Below are positions 26,290 to 41,200 of a DNA stretch of 64,000 nt, piece by piece. The notes beneath the pieces are model-generated. The model saw only the letters and a list, made by a program, of their open reading frames with translations, was not told where the DNA came from and ran no database searches. Numbering within the stretch: position 1 is the stretch's first letter; each line of letters starts with the position of its first letter. Source of the DNA: Chrysomallon squamiferum (Eukaryota > Animalia > Mollusca); the NCBI GenBank assembly GCA_012295275.1, contig CM022676.1:1054001-1118000 (forward strand). Reading direction: 5' to 3'. The position numbers and the translations under genes are program-made.

Positions 26290-29210
26290 TGTTTTTGATC
26301 AGGTTACCTCAGCAACTTTTACTACCTATGTACTTACCTCAGACACTGGATACCTCGATGCACAGAGAGCATTTGTTGCTCTCTCACTCTTCAACATTCT
26401 CCGATTTCCTATGAGTTTACTACCTATGATAGTTTCCTATGTTGTGCAGGTAAACATAAAAATGTCTTTGACACTTGAACTCTGTGACACAGGTACCTAA
26501 TTTCTTTTTACTTTTAAACTGTATTATTAAAGGGTAATGAATAGGTCATATTACAGTTAAATTATTTTACATTTCAGGCTAATGTGTCAGTAGGTCATAT
26601 TACAGTATAATGTTTTACATGTGAGGTTAATGTGTCAGGTCATACTACAGTAAATGTTTTTATAATTACAGGCTAATGAATCAATAGGTCATATAGTTAT
26701 TTTTTACATTTCAGGCTAATATGTCAATTGGTCATATTACAGTTAACCTTTTTACATTTCAGGCTGATGAGTCAGTAGGTCATTATAGACAGTGGTCAGT
26801 ATTAAACTTTTTAAACACAACGACTGTGTCACTCGTGATCCACACAGTTGTCAGTATTTAATGTGTTTGGAATTAAGAGTGTCTGAAATTAGTGAACTGT
26901 TTAAACAACTCTGAAAATAAAAAGTAATTGAAAATTTTGTTAAACAAATATATCCATAAAACTGTTAGAAGATTTAAATGTTGTTAACTTTGTTTCATAG
27001 TTTAGGGGAAAGAAAAAGTATCCATATTGGCTTGTAATTTTTGTTTTTATTTTCTATTTTCATACTTTATATTTAGTTAAGGCTAGTTTATGATGTATGT
27101 TCTTCTTCATGTTTATGAATCATCATCATTATTTCAGGTATATTTTTAAGTTGTAACTTTGATGATACAAAAACAATGGTCTAAATAGATTCTATATACT
27201 TTTGTTTTAATTAATAACAAAAAACAGTACAAAAGAATAGATTTCAAGATGTTGCACCATTATGTTTTGTGTACAGGGTGTATCATTGTGTTCAGGGTAG
27301 ACCAAATATATCTATCTTTTAATCTGTGAGGAATGGTACCTTTACTAGGGATACAACCATGCCCCAACCAACATTCAAAAAGTAAGTTTACAGACTGTTT
27401 TTAGTGTTTACTTACATATTTACACATCCAAAAAAAGAAACACTAAATTTACTAAATATTTGTTTTTCACAGTTCAATTTTACAATATGACCAGGCTTGT
27501 TATGGTATAATTGAAAAACAACTAAAACTTTCTATTTGAAGATTTGTATCCACAATGACGGTGCTGATGTTAAAAATTAATATATTTAAAATACTAAAAT
27601 GTCTATTGTCCTATCCTTTTGAACAGATCTGTTCTGTCATGCACACAAGTGATGAAATAAAAAATTGAAAACACACAAGGACTTAGTAATGAACATGAAT
27701 GTATGTATGTGTATGGATATATGTATAATATATATTTGTGTATGTTTCTGATTTCTGGAATGAAATATCAAATTAAGAGAATACATGAAATTTCATGCTG
27801 CTGACAACAAAATACTAGTACTGATACCAGTAAACACACAGAGATAGAGGATGGGAAGCTGTATCTTTTCGTGAGACTAGTTAATGAATTAAAATTCACT
27901 GATATCAGTATAGACAGAGGATGGAAAGCTGTATGCTGTGGTGAGACTAGTTAATTTAAGTTCACTGATTTCAGTGTAAACATAGAAATAAAGGATGGAA
28001 AGGTCTATGCTCTGGTGAGATTAGTTAATTAATTAAACTTCACTGATTTCAATGTAAACACAGAAATAGAGGATGGGAATCTGTATGCTTTGTTTGGACT
28101 AGTTAATTCAAGTTTACTGATTTCAGTATAAACACAGAAATATAGGATGGGAATCTGTATGCTTTGGTTGGACTAGTTAATTAATTCAAGTTTACTGATT
28201 TCAGTATAAACACAGAGACAGAGGATGGGAATCTGTATGCTGTGGTTGGACTAGTTAACTAGTTAATGTTCACTGATTTCAGTATAAACACAGAGACAGG
28301 ATGGGAATCTGTATGCTTTGGTTGGACTAGTTAATTAATTCAAGTTTACTGATTTCAGTATAAACACACATGTAGAGGATGGGAAGCTGTATGCTTTGGT
28401 TGGACTAGTTAATTAATTCAAGTTTACTGATTTCAGTATAAACACAGAGACAGAGGATGGGAATCTGTATGCTGTGGTTGGACTAGTTAACTAGTTAATG
28501 TTCACTGATTTCAGTATAAACACAGAGACAGGATGGGAATCTGTATGCTTTGGTTGGACTAGTTAATTAATTCAAGTTTACTGATTTCAGTATAAACACA
28601 CATGTAGAGGATGGGAAGCTGTATGCTGTGATGAGACTAGCTAATTAATGTTCACTGATTTCAGGAGAAACAGAGATATAGAATTGAATGCTGTGTCGTT
28701 CGGTTTTAGTAGTTAATTAATTGAATTTCACTGATTTCAGTGTTAACACATATAGAGGAAGTGAAGGTGTATGTTGTAACGAGATTATTTAATAGAAGTT
28801 CACTGATTTGTGTATAAACATAGAGACAAAGGATGGAAAGCTGTATGATGAAGTGGGAATAGTTAATTATAGTTCACTGAATTCAGTATAAACATAGTAA
28901 TACAAGATGGGAATCTGTATGCTGTGGTTGGACTAGTTAATTAAAGTTTTCAGATTTCAGTAGAAACAGAGATATAGGATGAAAAGCTGTATACTTTGGT
29001 TTTAGTAGTTAATTTATTGATGTTCACTGAGGTGAGACTAGTTAACTAATTAAAGTTCACTGATTTGAGTGTTAACACAGACGGAGGAAGTGAAGCTGTA
29101 TGCTGTAGTTAGATTATTTAATAGAAGTTCACTGATTTGAGTACAAACATTGAGATACAGGATAGGAAGCTGTATGCTGTGGTGAAACTAGTTTATTAAT
29201 TAAAGTTCAT
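26120..29210 (+). pseudogene. ABCC1: Partial duplicate 2 of the ABCC gene (copy of ~15.26-16.85 kb; exon 26303-26449; exon remnant ~27323-27381)
   Basis: Near-identical intron and exon sequence; retains the SVRNGTFTRDTTMPQPTFK|gtaagt exon absent from the main copy. Confidence 0.85.
27825..29210 (+). repeat. Expanded ~78-bp acceptor/exon-start minisatellite
   Basis: Same unit as 16460-16850; 232-bp three-unit higher-order duplication at 28201 / 28433. Confidence 0.88.
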
Positions 29211-30166
29211 CTTTCATATTTTCATATCAAAGATGATAAACAATGATAATAATAACTATAGTTGCTAACATCATAGAGTTTTAATAATAAAACACTAGTT
29301 ATTAATTTCTATTTTTCTCTCTATTCAGTTTTCAGTTTTATTTAGTTTTATTTAGTTTTTATTTGTATTATTTATTACGTTTTCTTACAATTATACATAG
29401 TCGCTTGAAGACAGGAATATTTACTAACCCATTTTTTGTATTTTTCTGTTTTATATAAAATAATAATAAACGAAAATTATTAATAGAATAATTGATTTTT
29501 TTTAGTACTATTTTGTTCATTTGTTTTGTTTGTTTTTTGTTCTATTCTTCAGTTTATTTTTTTTTTAAATAATTTTATTTGATATTTTAATAATTATGTC
29601 ATTTTATTATTAATTATTCAATTAAAATTCTTTGAAAAACTTGCATAGGATAACTGTTCCATATGTGAAATATGTAGCGTGAAAATCATAATTTTATCTT
29701 TAGAACAGATACTCGTTTATACTAATACTGTTATTAATACATTTGAATACATTATTGTTTTAAATTCTTAAAAATACTTAAATTCTGGAATATCCCACAA
29801 ATAGAAGAAAAAGTAAACATTTGTTTATTATTATTAATCTTGGTTTCTTTTTCCCACTTTTTTTTTTTTAACTATTTTTTTAAAATTATATTATTGTTTT
29901 TTTCTTTAACTAATTTATTTATTTTATTTTATTTATTGTTTTAATTTATTTTAATTTTATTTCTTTCTTTTTATTTATGATTATTATTTTATTATATCCT
30001 GTCTACAAGTAGATAATATAATTTTGACATCTAGACTTATTTTATTTCCATAATTTTATTAACAACATTATATTTAGAGTTGCTGCTAAAGTCATTTGCT
30101 TAATAATAATAATAAAATATTTGTTTTGTTTCTTATTGTTTATTACTTTTTAGTTTAAAGTATGAC

Positions 30167-30200
<34 letters not shown>

Positions 30201-30507
30201 TTAGTGTATTGTATTTATTAAACTAAAATATTTGATAACAGATAAACTACAAAATATGTACAGGTGAAAAGTTGGTTTCTTGTTGTAATCTGACCTTAAT
30301 TAAGAATAAACTACAACAACAGAAAATAGCTGAATCATGATATCTGTCTGTCTACACTGTGTGTGTGTGTGTCTCAATGGAATATGGACAGAATGACAAC
30401 ATGAATGTTTTTACTGTCTTGTTAAGTAATAATGTAAATACTAAATTAACACTAATGCATTAATAAAACAATACTTTGGTAGTACACAGACTGTATTTAG
30501 ATTGTGA

Positions 30508-30717
<210 letters not shown>

Positions 30718-31486
30718 TAAAATAAACTTTCAGTGGAATTGTGTCAGTAGTGATGTGTGTGACTGAGTAAGTAAGAAAAATCAACAAAGTTTTATTTTTC
30801 AGTAGTGATGTGTGTGACTGAGTAAGTAAGAAAAATCAACAAAGTTTTATTTTTCAGGATCCAGTGTTATTCTCTGGCAGTCTGAAAATGAACATCGACC
30901 CATTCAACCGGTTCACAGAGTCTCAGATCTGGACAGCTCTGAAACATGCTCACCTCGACAAGTTTGTTTAGATCTAGACCATAGATTCCAGTTTCTATAT
31001 AATTAATAATATAAAAATTTAAATGTATCTGATGAATATTGAAGTGTGAAAATATAACTTTTTCTTAAAATTATTCTTATTTACATTTTGATTTTTATTA
31101 TCAGGTTATTTTGACATACACTATAAATAAATACATTTCTTATTCATTTTTCAAATTTTACACACACACACACATATATATATTATATATATATATATAT
31201 ATTGTTTTTTATTAGGTTACCTCGGCAACTTTTACTACCTGTGTACTTTCCTATGTTAATATTTTTTACATTTCAGGCTAATGTGTCAATATGTCATATT
31301 ACAGTATAATGTTTTACATGTGAGGTTAATGTGTCAGGTCATACTACAGTAAATGTTTTTATAATTACAGGCTAATGAGTCAATAGGTCATATAGTTATT
31401 TTTTACATTTCAGGCTAATATGTCAATTGGTCGTACTACAGTTAACTTTTTTGCATTTCAGGCTGATGAGTCAGAAGCTCATTATA

Positions 31487-32225
31487 GACAGTGGTCAGTA
31501 TTAAACAAACTTTTTAAACACAACGACTGCTTTACTTCTGATCCACACAGTGGTCAGTATTAAAAAACTTTTTAAATTCAACAACTGTGTCACTCCTGAT
31601 CCACACAGTGGTCAGTATTAAAAAAACTTTTTAAACACAACGAATGCTTTACTTCTGATCCACACAGTGGTCAGTATTAAAAAACTTTTTAAACACAACA
31701 ACTGTGTCACTCCTGATCCACACAGTGGTCAGTATTAAACAAACTTTAAACTCAAACGAATGTGTTACTCCTGATCCACACAGTGGTCAGTATTAAACAA
31801 ACTTTAAACTCAAACGAATGTGTTACTCCTGATCCACACAGTGGTCAGTATTAAGCAAACTTTTTAAACAGTGACTGTGGTCAGTATTAAGCAAACTTTT
31901 TAAACAGTGACTGTGTCACTCGTGATCCACACAGTGGTATAGTATTAATGTTTTTAAACACGACTGAGTTATTCCTGATCTACAGAGTGGTCAGTATTAA
32001 ACAAACTTATTAAACTCGACGATTGCGTTACTCCTAATTCACACAGTGGTCAGTATTAAACTTTTTAAACTCAACAACTGTATTACTCCTGATCCACACA
32101 GTGGTCAGTTTTAAGCAAACTTTTAAAACAGTGACTGTCACTCCTGATCCACACAGTGGTCAGTATTAAACAAACTTTTTAAACAGAATGACTGCTTTAC
32201 TTCTGATCCACACAGTGGTCTGTAT
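31487..32225 (+). repeat. ~58-bp minisatellite from exon 3' end plus donor
   Basis: GATCCACACAGTGGTCAGTATTAAACAAACTTTTTAAAC recurs about 12 times; near single-copy at 15.83-15.89 kb. Confidence 0.88.
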
Positions 32226-33069
32226 TTAATGTGTATGGAATTAAGAGTGTCTGAAATTGGTGAACTGTTTAAATAACACGAAATAAAATGTAATTATAAA
32301 TGTTGTTAAACAAATACATCCATAAAACTGTTAGAAGATGTAAATGTTATTAACTTTGTTACAATATTTAATTTTTGTTTTTGTTTTCTATTTTCATACT
32401 TTATGTTTAGTTAAGGCTACTTTATGTTGTATGTATTCTTCATGTTTACGAATCATTATTTCAGGTATATTTTTAAGTTGTAACTGATGATATAAAAACA
32501 ATGGTCTAAATAGATTCTGTTTTAATTAATAACAAAAAAAACAATACAAAAGAATAGATTTCATGATATTATTGCACCATTAGTTTTTGTGTACACGGTA
32601 TATCTATATATATCTATATTTTACTTTTTTTTTCTTTTTAGTTTTTGTTATTTTCTAAGGAAATAAACAGCTATTATACCAGAAAACTACATCTGGAAAA
32701 CAACAGATGCTTTAGAGGAAATAAAGTTTTATTCAAAACGTGGATCTTATTTCTTTTAGATCATACTGTATATATGTCAGGAATTGTACCTTTATTGGGT
32801 ATAGAAACCATACCCCAACCAACACTGAAAAAGTAAGATTACAGACTGTTTAGTGGTTACTTACATCCAAAAAAGAAACTGTGTGCATGACAGAACACGT
32901 GATGAAATAAAAAAATTGAAAACACACGAGGTTTTATAATGAACATGAATGTATGTATGTGTATGGATATATGTATAACATATTTGTGTATGTTTCTGAT
33001 TTCTGGAATGAAATATCAAATTAAGAGAATACATGAAATTTCATGCTGCTGACAACAAAATACTAGTAC

Positions 33070-34032
33070 TGACTTCAGTATAAACACAAAGAGAGAATGT
33101 AAAGCGGTATGCTCTGGCCAGACTAGTTAATTGAAGTTCACTGATTTTACATTGGTTGCACTAGTTAATTAAAGTTCACTCATTTCAGTGTAAACACAGT
33201 GTATGGGAAGCTGTATGCTGTGGTTATACTATTTAATTAAAGTTCACTGATTTCAGTAGAAACGTAGAAAAAGAGTATGAAAAGCTCTATGCTGTGGTGA
33301 GAGTAGTTAATAAATCACTGATATAGATAGATAAGATGATGGAATGCTGTATACTGTGGTGAGACTAGCTGATTAATTGGAATTCACAGATACATAATGG
33401 GAAGAGAGCAGTTAATTAAAATCTACTTATAGACAAGATTGTAAGCTGTATGCTGTGGTGACACTAGTTAAGTTCACGGATTTTAGTATAAAAATAGAGA
33501 TAGAGGGTGGGAAGATATATGGTGTGGCCAAACTAATTAAAGTTCAGTGATTTCAGCATAAACACAGAGATAGACGAAGCGAAGCCGTATGTTGTATTTA
33601 CATTATTTAATTGAAGTTCACTGATTTCAGTATAAACAGATAGAGGATGGAAAGGTATATGCTGTGTTGAGACTAGTTAATTAAAGATCACTGATTTCAG
33701 AGTGAACACAGAGATAGAGGACGCGAAGCTGTATTCTGTGGTTAGACTAGATAATTAAATTTCACCGATTTCAATGTAAAGACAGAGATAGAGGATGGAA
33801 GGACGTATCCTGCTTTGAGAGTAGTAAATTACAGTTCACTGGTTTTGGTATGAAGATAAAGATACAGGATTGGAAGCTGTATGCTGTGGTGAGATTAGTT
33901 AAGACATTAAAATTCACTGATTTCAGTATGAATACAGGATGGGATCCTCTATGCAGTAGTGAGACTAATTAATTAAAGTTCACTGATTTCAGTATACACG
34001 TACAGACAGAGGATGGAAAGCAGTATGCTGTG
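33070..34032 (+). repeat. Third, more diverged array of the ~78-bp acceptor/exon-start unit
   Basis: AAGTTCACTGATTTCAG...GCTGTATGCTGTGG units. Confidence 0.85.
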
Positions 34033-34034
34033 TT

Positions 34035-35290
34035 AGCATCAGTCATCTTCGTTGTAAGTGCAACAGCAATTGCATCATTCTTTTCTGTAAGAAAGAAACA
34101 GAGAAACGGTGCCGTTTGTTTAAGGAGTACTATGCTCGAAACAAACAGAGTAAATTCTTGTCTGCTTTCGCTTTCTCTTTTGAACGTTCTTACCTGCATG
34201 TCTACTCGGCGCTGTCAGAGGAACATTTACGTCGTGCAAAAGACGTGGATTGGAGTAAGGCATCACATTGTCTAGATCGACCTAGTCGAAGTAGAAACTT
34301 GCGATCTTGCATTGCAAAGACTGTTCGATTCCTCTTTCGCAAATGTTGCTCAACAGTGATACACGCAGGTAACAAACTTTCAATGTATCTCTTTCTGAGG
34401 CCTTTATCTCATATCCATCATCTTGATTATCAGTGCGAGAGCTATTGTTTGATTCTTCACTGTAAGAAACAAACAGAAAAACAAAATATAAGACACTATA
34501 CTCTCAATGCAAGAGATGAATTTTGATCAACGAGCAGTACAGTGGAAACGATAAGCCTGCATTTTTCTCCTCTTTCGCAGTCTCTACTGATCGTTGTTAA
34601 CGGACAATATACACGGTACTGTCACCTGAAGGAGTACAGTGCTCGAAAGAACAAAAGTTAATTCTTCTTTGTTTTCGCCATCTCTGCTGATCGCTTTTAG
34701 CGGACAATATAGACGGTGCTGCTGTATTAAGGAGTGCTATGCTTGAAACAAACTGAGTGCATACTTCTCTGCTTTCTCATTCTGTGTTGAACGTTCTCCG
34801 CTCCGTGAGAGCAACATTTGTATCGCTTAAAAGACATGGATTAGAATAAGGCAACACATTGTCTAGAACGTAACTATCGCAGTTGACGCTTCTGATCTTA
34901 CATAGAAAAGACTGTTCATTCGTCTTTCGCAAACATCACTCAGTTTATTTCAACAGTAATACATGCTAATGAAAATGTATCTCCTTCGCTTTTCTCTCAA
35001 ATGTACTTAGCAGTCATCACCTTCGTTAACAATGTAACAGCATTTGCATGATTCTTCACTGTAAGGAGGAAAATATAAGACAGTAAACTCTCCATGCATC
35101 CTTCTGTTTCGCAATCTCTGCTAATCTTTCTTAGCTGACCGTATACACGGTTCTGTTTGTTTAAGGAGTACTATGCTCAAAAGAAAAAAGGTGAATATTT
35201 TGTCCGCTTTCGCCATCTCTGTTGAAGTTGTTAGCAGCCTGTCTACTCGGGGCTGTGAGGACAACGTTTGTGTCGCGTTTGTGTCTTCTT
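34035..35290. repeat. Degenerate repeat with 100-bp submonomer, related to the 422-bp satellite
   Basis: TTTC anchors at 34573, 34673 and 34773; ACGGTGCTGTTTGTTTAAGGAGTACTATGCTCGAA motif recurs. Confidence 0.75.
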
Positions 35291-35292
35291 CC

Positions 35293-38200
35293 TCTCCTCG
35301 TCGTCGTACGCGCGCAGTGCACACGGTGCTGTTTGTTTAAGCAGTACTACGTCCTAAGCGATCAGAGTGAATTCTCTGCTTTCGCCATGTGTGTTTAATT
35401 TTTTGTGAGCGCGGACGTGACAGAGAATCGTAAATGGTTCTCTGTCACGTCCGCTCTCAAAGTTCAAGGTCGCGGATTTCAATAAGAAATTAAGACACTA
35501 TGCTGTTCATGGTAGGTAAAGTAGATGTATTTCGATTAAAGAATAACCTAGACGATGCGAAAAGCCTGCGTGCTTCTCCGGTTTCCCAATCTCTCTTCAT
35601 CGTTCTCAGCTGACAGCGAGCGCGGTGCTGTTCGTGTACAGAGAACTATGATCGAAGCAAAGAGACTAATACTGCGGAATATGTGAGCCTCCATTCTTCT
35701 CCGCTTTCGCAATCTCTCCATTCTTCTCCGCTTTCGCAATCTCTCCAATCTCTCCTCGTCGTCGTACGCGCGCAGTGCACACGGTGCTGTTTGTTTAAGC
35801 AGTACTACGTCCTAAGCGATCAGAGTGAATTCTCTGCTTTCGCCATGTGTGTTTAATTTTTTGTGAGCGCGGACGTGACAGAGAATCGTAAATGGTTCTC
35901 TGTCACGTCCGCTCTCAAAGTTCAAGGTCGCGGATTTCAATAAGAAATTAAGACACTATGCTGTTCATGGTAGGTAAAGTAGATGTATTTCGATTAAAGA
36001 ATAACCTAGACGATGCGAAAAGCCTGCCTGTGCTTCTCCGGTTTCCCAATCTCTCTTCATCGTTCTCAGCTGACAGCGAGCGCGGTGCTGTTCGTGTACA
36101 GAGAACTATGATCGAAGCAAAGAGACTAATACTGCGGAATATGTGAGCCTCCATTCTTCTCCGCTTTCGCAATCTCTCCTCGTCGTCGTACGCGCGCAGT
36201 GCACACGGTGCTGTTTGTTTAAGCAGTACTACGTCCTAAGCGATCAGAGTGAATTCTCTGCTTTCGCCATGTGTGTTTAATTTTTTGTGAGCGCGGACGT
36301 GACAGAGAATCGTAAATGGTTCTCTGTCACGTCCGCTCTCAAAGTTCAAGGTCGCGGATTTCAATAAGAAATTAAGACACTATGCTGTTCATGGTAGGTA
36401 AAGTAGATGTATTTCGATTAAAGAATAACCTAGACGATGCGAAAAGCCTGCGTGCTTCTCCGGTTTCCCAATCTCTCTTCATCGTTCTCAGCTGACAGCG
36501 AGCGCGGTGCTGTTCGTGTACAGAGAACTATGATCGAAGCAAAGAGACTAATACTGCGGAATATGTGAGCCTCCATTCTTCTCCGCTTTCGCAATCTCTC
36601 CTCGTCGTCGTACGCGCGCAGTGCACACGGTGCTGTTTGTTTAAGCAGTACTACGTCCTAAGCGATCAGAGTGAATTCTCTGCTTTCGCCATGTGTGTTT
36701 AATTTTTTGTGAGCGCGGACGTGACAGAGAATCGTAAATGGTTCTCTGTCACGTCCGCTCTCAAAGTTCAAGGTCGCGGATTTCAATAAGAAATTAAGAC
36801 ACTATGCTGTTCATGGTAGGTAAAGTAGATGTATTTCGATTAAAGAATAACCTAGACGATGCGAAAAGCCTGCGTGCTTCTCCGGTTTCCCAATCTCTCT
36901 TCATCGTTCTCAGCTGACAGCGAGCGCGGTGCTGTTCGTGTACAGAGAACTATGATCGAAGCAAAGAGACTAATACTGCGGAATATGTGAGCCTCCATTC
37001 TTCTCCGCTTTCGCAATCTCTCCTCGTCGTCGTACGCGCGCAGTGCACACGGTGCTGTTTGTTTAAGCAGTACTACGTCCTAAGCGATCAGAGTGAATTC
37101 TCTGCTTTCGCCATGTGTGTTTAATTTTTTGTGAGCGCGGACGTGACAGAGAATCGTAAATGGTTCTCTGTCACGTCCGCTCTCAAAGTTCAAGGTCGCG
37201 GATTTCAATAAGAAATTAAGACACTATGCTGTTCATGGTAGGTAAAGTAGATGTATTTCGATTAAAGAATAACCTAGACGATGCGAAAAGCCTGCGTGCT
37301 TCTCCGGTTTCCCAATCTCTCTTCATCGTTCTCAGCTGACAGCGAGCGCGGTGCTGTTCGTGTACAGAGAACTATGATCGAAGCAAAGAGACTAATACTG
37401 CGGAATATGTGAGCCTCCATTCTTCTCCGCTTTCGCAATCTCTCCTCGTCGTCGTACGCGCGCAGTGCACACGGTGCTGTTTGTTTAAGCAGTACTACGT
37501 CCTAAGCGATCAGAGTGAATTCTCTGCTTTCGCCATGTGTGTTTAATTTTTTGTGAGCGCGGACGTGACAGAGAATCGTAAATGGTTCTCTGTCACGTCC
37601 GCTCTCAAAGTTCAAGGTCGCGGATTTCAATAAGAAATTAAGACACTATGCTGTTCATGGTAGGTAAAGTAGATGTATTTCGATTAAAGAATAACCTAGA
37701 CGATGCGAAAAGCCTGCGTGCTTCTCCGGTTTCCCAATCTCTCTTCATCGTTCTCAGCTGACAGCGAGCGCGGTGCTGTTCGTGTACAGAGAACTATGAT
37801 CGAAGCAAAGAGACTAATACTGCGGAATATGTGAGCCTCCATTCTTCTCCGCTTTCGCAATCTCTCCTCGTCGTCGTACGCGCGCAGTGCACACGGTGCT
37901 GTTTGTTTAAGCAGTACTACGTCCTAAGCGATCAGAGTGAATTCTCTGCTTTCGCCATGTGTGTTTAATTTTTTGTGAGCGCGGACGTGACAGAGAATCG
38001 TAAATGGTTCTCTGTCACGTCCGCTCTCAAAGTTCAAGGTCGCGGATTTCAATAAGAAATTAAGACACTATGCTGTTCATGGTAGGTAAAGTAGATGTAT
38101 TTCGATTAAAGAATAACCTAGACGATGCGAAAAGCCTGCGTGCTTCTCCGGTTTCCCAATCTCTCTTCATCGTTCTCAGCTGACAGCGAGCGCGGTGCTG

Positions 38201-41200
38201 TTCGTGTACAGAGAACTATGATCGAAGCAAAGAGACTAATACTGCGGAATATGTGAGCCTCCATTCTTCTCCGCTTTCGCAATCTCTCCTCGTCGTCGTA
38301 CGCGCGCAGTGCACACGGTGCTGTTTGTTTAAGCAGTACTACGTCCTAAGCGATCAGAGTGAATTCTCTGCTTTCGCCATGTGTATAATTTTTTGTGAGC
38401 GCGGACGTGACAGAGAATCGTAAATGGTTCTCTGTCACGTCCGCTCTCAAAGTTCAAGGTCGCGGATTTCAATAAGAAATTAAGACACTATGCTGTTCAT
38501 GGTAGGTAAAGTAGATGTATTTCGATTAAAGAATAACCTAGACGATGCGAAAAGCCTGCGTGCTTCTCCGGTTTCCCAATCTCTCTTCATCGTTCTCAGC
38601 TGACAGCGAGCGCGGTGCTGTTCGTGTACAGAGAACTATGATCGAAGCAAAGAGACTAATACTGCGGAATATGTGAGCCTCCATTCTTCTCCGCTTTCGC
38701 AATCTCTCCTCGTCGTCGTACGCGCGCAGTGCACACGGTGCTGTTTGTTTAAGCAGTACTACGTCCTAAGCGATCAGAGTGAATTCTCTGCTTTCGCCAT
38801 GTGTGTTTAATTTTTTGTGAGCGCGGACGTGACAGAGAATCGTAAATGGTTCTCTGTCACGTCCGCTCTCAAAGTTCAAGGTCGCGGATTTCAATAAGAA
38901 ACTAAGACACTATGCTGTTCATGGTAGGTAAAGTAGATGTATTTCGATTAAAGAATAACCTAGACGATGCGAAAAGCCTGCGTGCTTCTCCGGTTTCCCA
39001 ATCTCTCTTCATCGTTCTCAGCTGACAGCGAGCGCGGTGCTGTTCGTGTACAGAGAACTATGATCGAAGCAAAGAGACTAATACTGCGGAATATGTGAGC
39101 CTCCATTCTTCTCCGCTTTCGCAATCTCTCCTCGTCGTCGTACGCGCGCAGTGCACACGGTGCTGTTTGTTTAAGCAGTACTACGTCCTAAGCGATCAGA
39201 GTGAATTCTCTGCTTTCGCCATGTGTGTTTAATTTTTTGTGAGCGCGGACGTGACAGAGAATCGTAAATGGTTCTCTGTCACGTCCGCTCTCAAAGTTCA
39301 AGGTCGCGGATTTCAATAAGAAATTAAGACACTATGCTGTTCATGGTAGGTAAAGTAGATGTATTTCGATTAAAGAATAACCTAGACGATGCGAAAAGCC
39401 TGCGTGCTTCTCCGGTTTCCCAATCTCTCTTCATCGTTCTCAGCTGACAGCGAGCGCGGTGCTGTTCGTGTACAGAGAACTATGATCGAAGCAAAGAGAC
39501 TAATACTGCGGAATATGTGAGCCTCCATTCTTCTCCGCTTTCGCAATCTCTCCTCGTCGTCGTACGCGCGCAGTGCACACGGTGCTGTTTGTTTAAGCAG
39601 TACTACGTCCTAAGCGATCAGAGTGAATTCTCTGCTTTCGCCATGTGTGTTTAATTTTTTGTGAGCGCGGACGTGACAGAGAATCGTAAATGGTTCTCTG
39701 TCACGTCCGCTCTCAAAGTTCAAGGTCGCGGATTTCAATAAGAAATTAAGACACTATGCTGTTCATGGTAGGTAAAGTAGATGTATTTCGATTAAAGAAT
39801 AACCTAGACGATGCGAAAAGCCTGCGTGCTTCTCCGGTTTCCCAATCTCTCTTCATCGTTCTCAGCTGACAGCGAGCGCGGTGCTGTTCGTGTACAGAGA
39901 ACTATGATCGAAGCAAAGAGACTAATACTGCGGAATATGTGAGCCTCCATTCTTCTCCGCTTTCGCAATCTCTCCTCGTCGTCGTACGCGCGCAGTGCAC
40001 ACGGTGCTGTTTGTTTAAGCAGTACTACGTCCTAAGCGATCAGAGTGAATTCTCTGCTTTCGCCATGTGTGTTGTTTTTTTTTTGTGAGCGCGGACGTGA
40101 CAGAGAATCGTAAATGGTTCTCTGTCACGTCCGCTCTCAAAGTTCAAGGTCGCGGATTTCAATAAGAAATTAAGACACTATGCTGTTCATGGTAGGTAAA
40201 GTAGATGTATTTCGATTAAAGAATAACCTAGACGATGCGAAAAGCCTGCGTGCTTCTCCGGTTTCCCAATCTCTCTTCATCGTTCTCAGCTGACAGCGAG
40301 CGCGGTGCTGTTCGTGTACAGAGAACTATGATCGAAGCAAAGAGACTAATACTGCGGAATATGTGAGCCTCCATTCTTCTCCGCTTTCGCAATCTCTCCT
40401 CGTCGTCGTACGCGCGCAGTGCACACGGTGCTGTTTGTTTAAGCAGTACTACGTCCTAAGCGATCAGAGTGAATTCTCTGCTTTCGCCATGTGTGTTTAA
40501 TTTTTTGTGAGCGCGGACGTGACAGAGAATCGTAAATGGTTCTCTGTCACGTCCGCTCTCAAAGTTCAAGGTCGCGGATTTCAATAAGAAATTAAGACAC
40601 TATGCTGTTCATGGTAGGTAAAGTAGATGTATTTCGATTAAAGAATAACCTAGACGATGCGAAAAGCCTGCGTGCTTCTCCGGTTTCCCAATCTCTCTTC
40701 ATCGTTCTCAGCTGACAGCGAGCGCGGTGCTGTTCGTGTACAGAGAACTATGATCGAAGCAAAGAGACTAATACTGCGGAATATGTGAGCCTCCATTCTT
40801 CTCCGCTTTCGCAATCTCTCCTCGTCGTCGTACGCGCGCAGTGCACACGGTGCTGTTTGTTTAAGCAGTACTACGTCCTAAGCGATCAGAGTGAATTCTC
40901 TGCTTTCGCCATGTGTGTTTAATTTTTTGTGAGCGCGGACGTGACAGAGAATCGTAAATGGTTCTCTGTCACGTCCGCTCTCAAAGTTCAAGGTCGCGGA
41001 TTTCAATAAGAAATTAAGACACTATGCTGTTCATGGTAGGTAAAGTAGATGTATTTCGATTAAAGAATAACCTAGACGATGCGAAAAGCCTGCGTGCTTC
41101 TCCGGTTTCCCAATCTCTCTTCATCGTTCTCAGCTGACAGCGAGCGCGGTGCTGTTCGTGTACAGAGAACTATGATCGAAGCAAAGAGACTAATACTGCG

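Noticed and set aside
33969-35324. Repeat protein (ankyrin/TPR/PPR) in the degenerate region
   Set aside because: The monomer is 100 bp and translations show no such motifs
35548-36172. ORFs inside the satellite units
   Set aside because: The period is not a multiple of 3, and the ORFs arise from unit-specific indels
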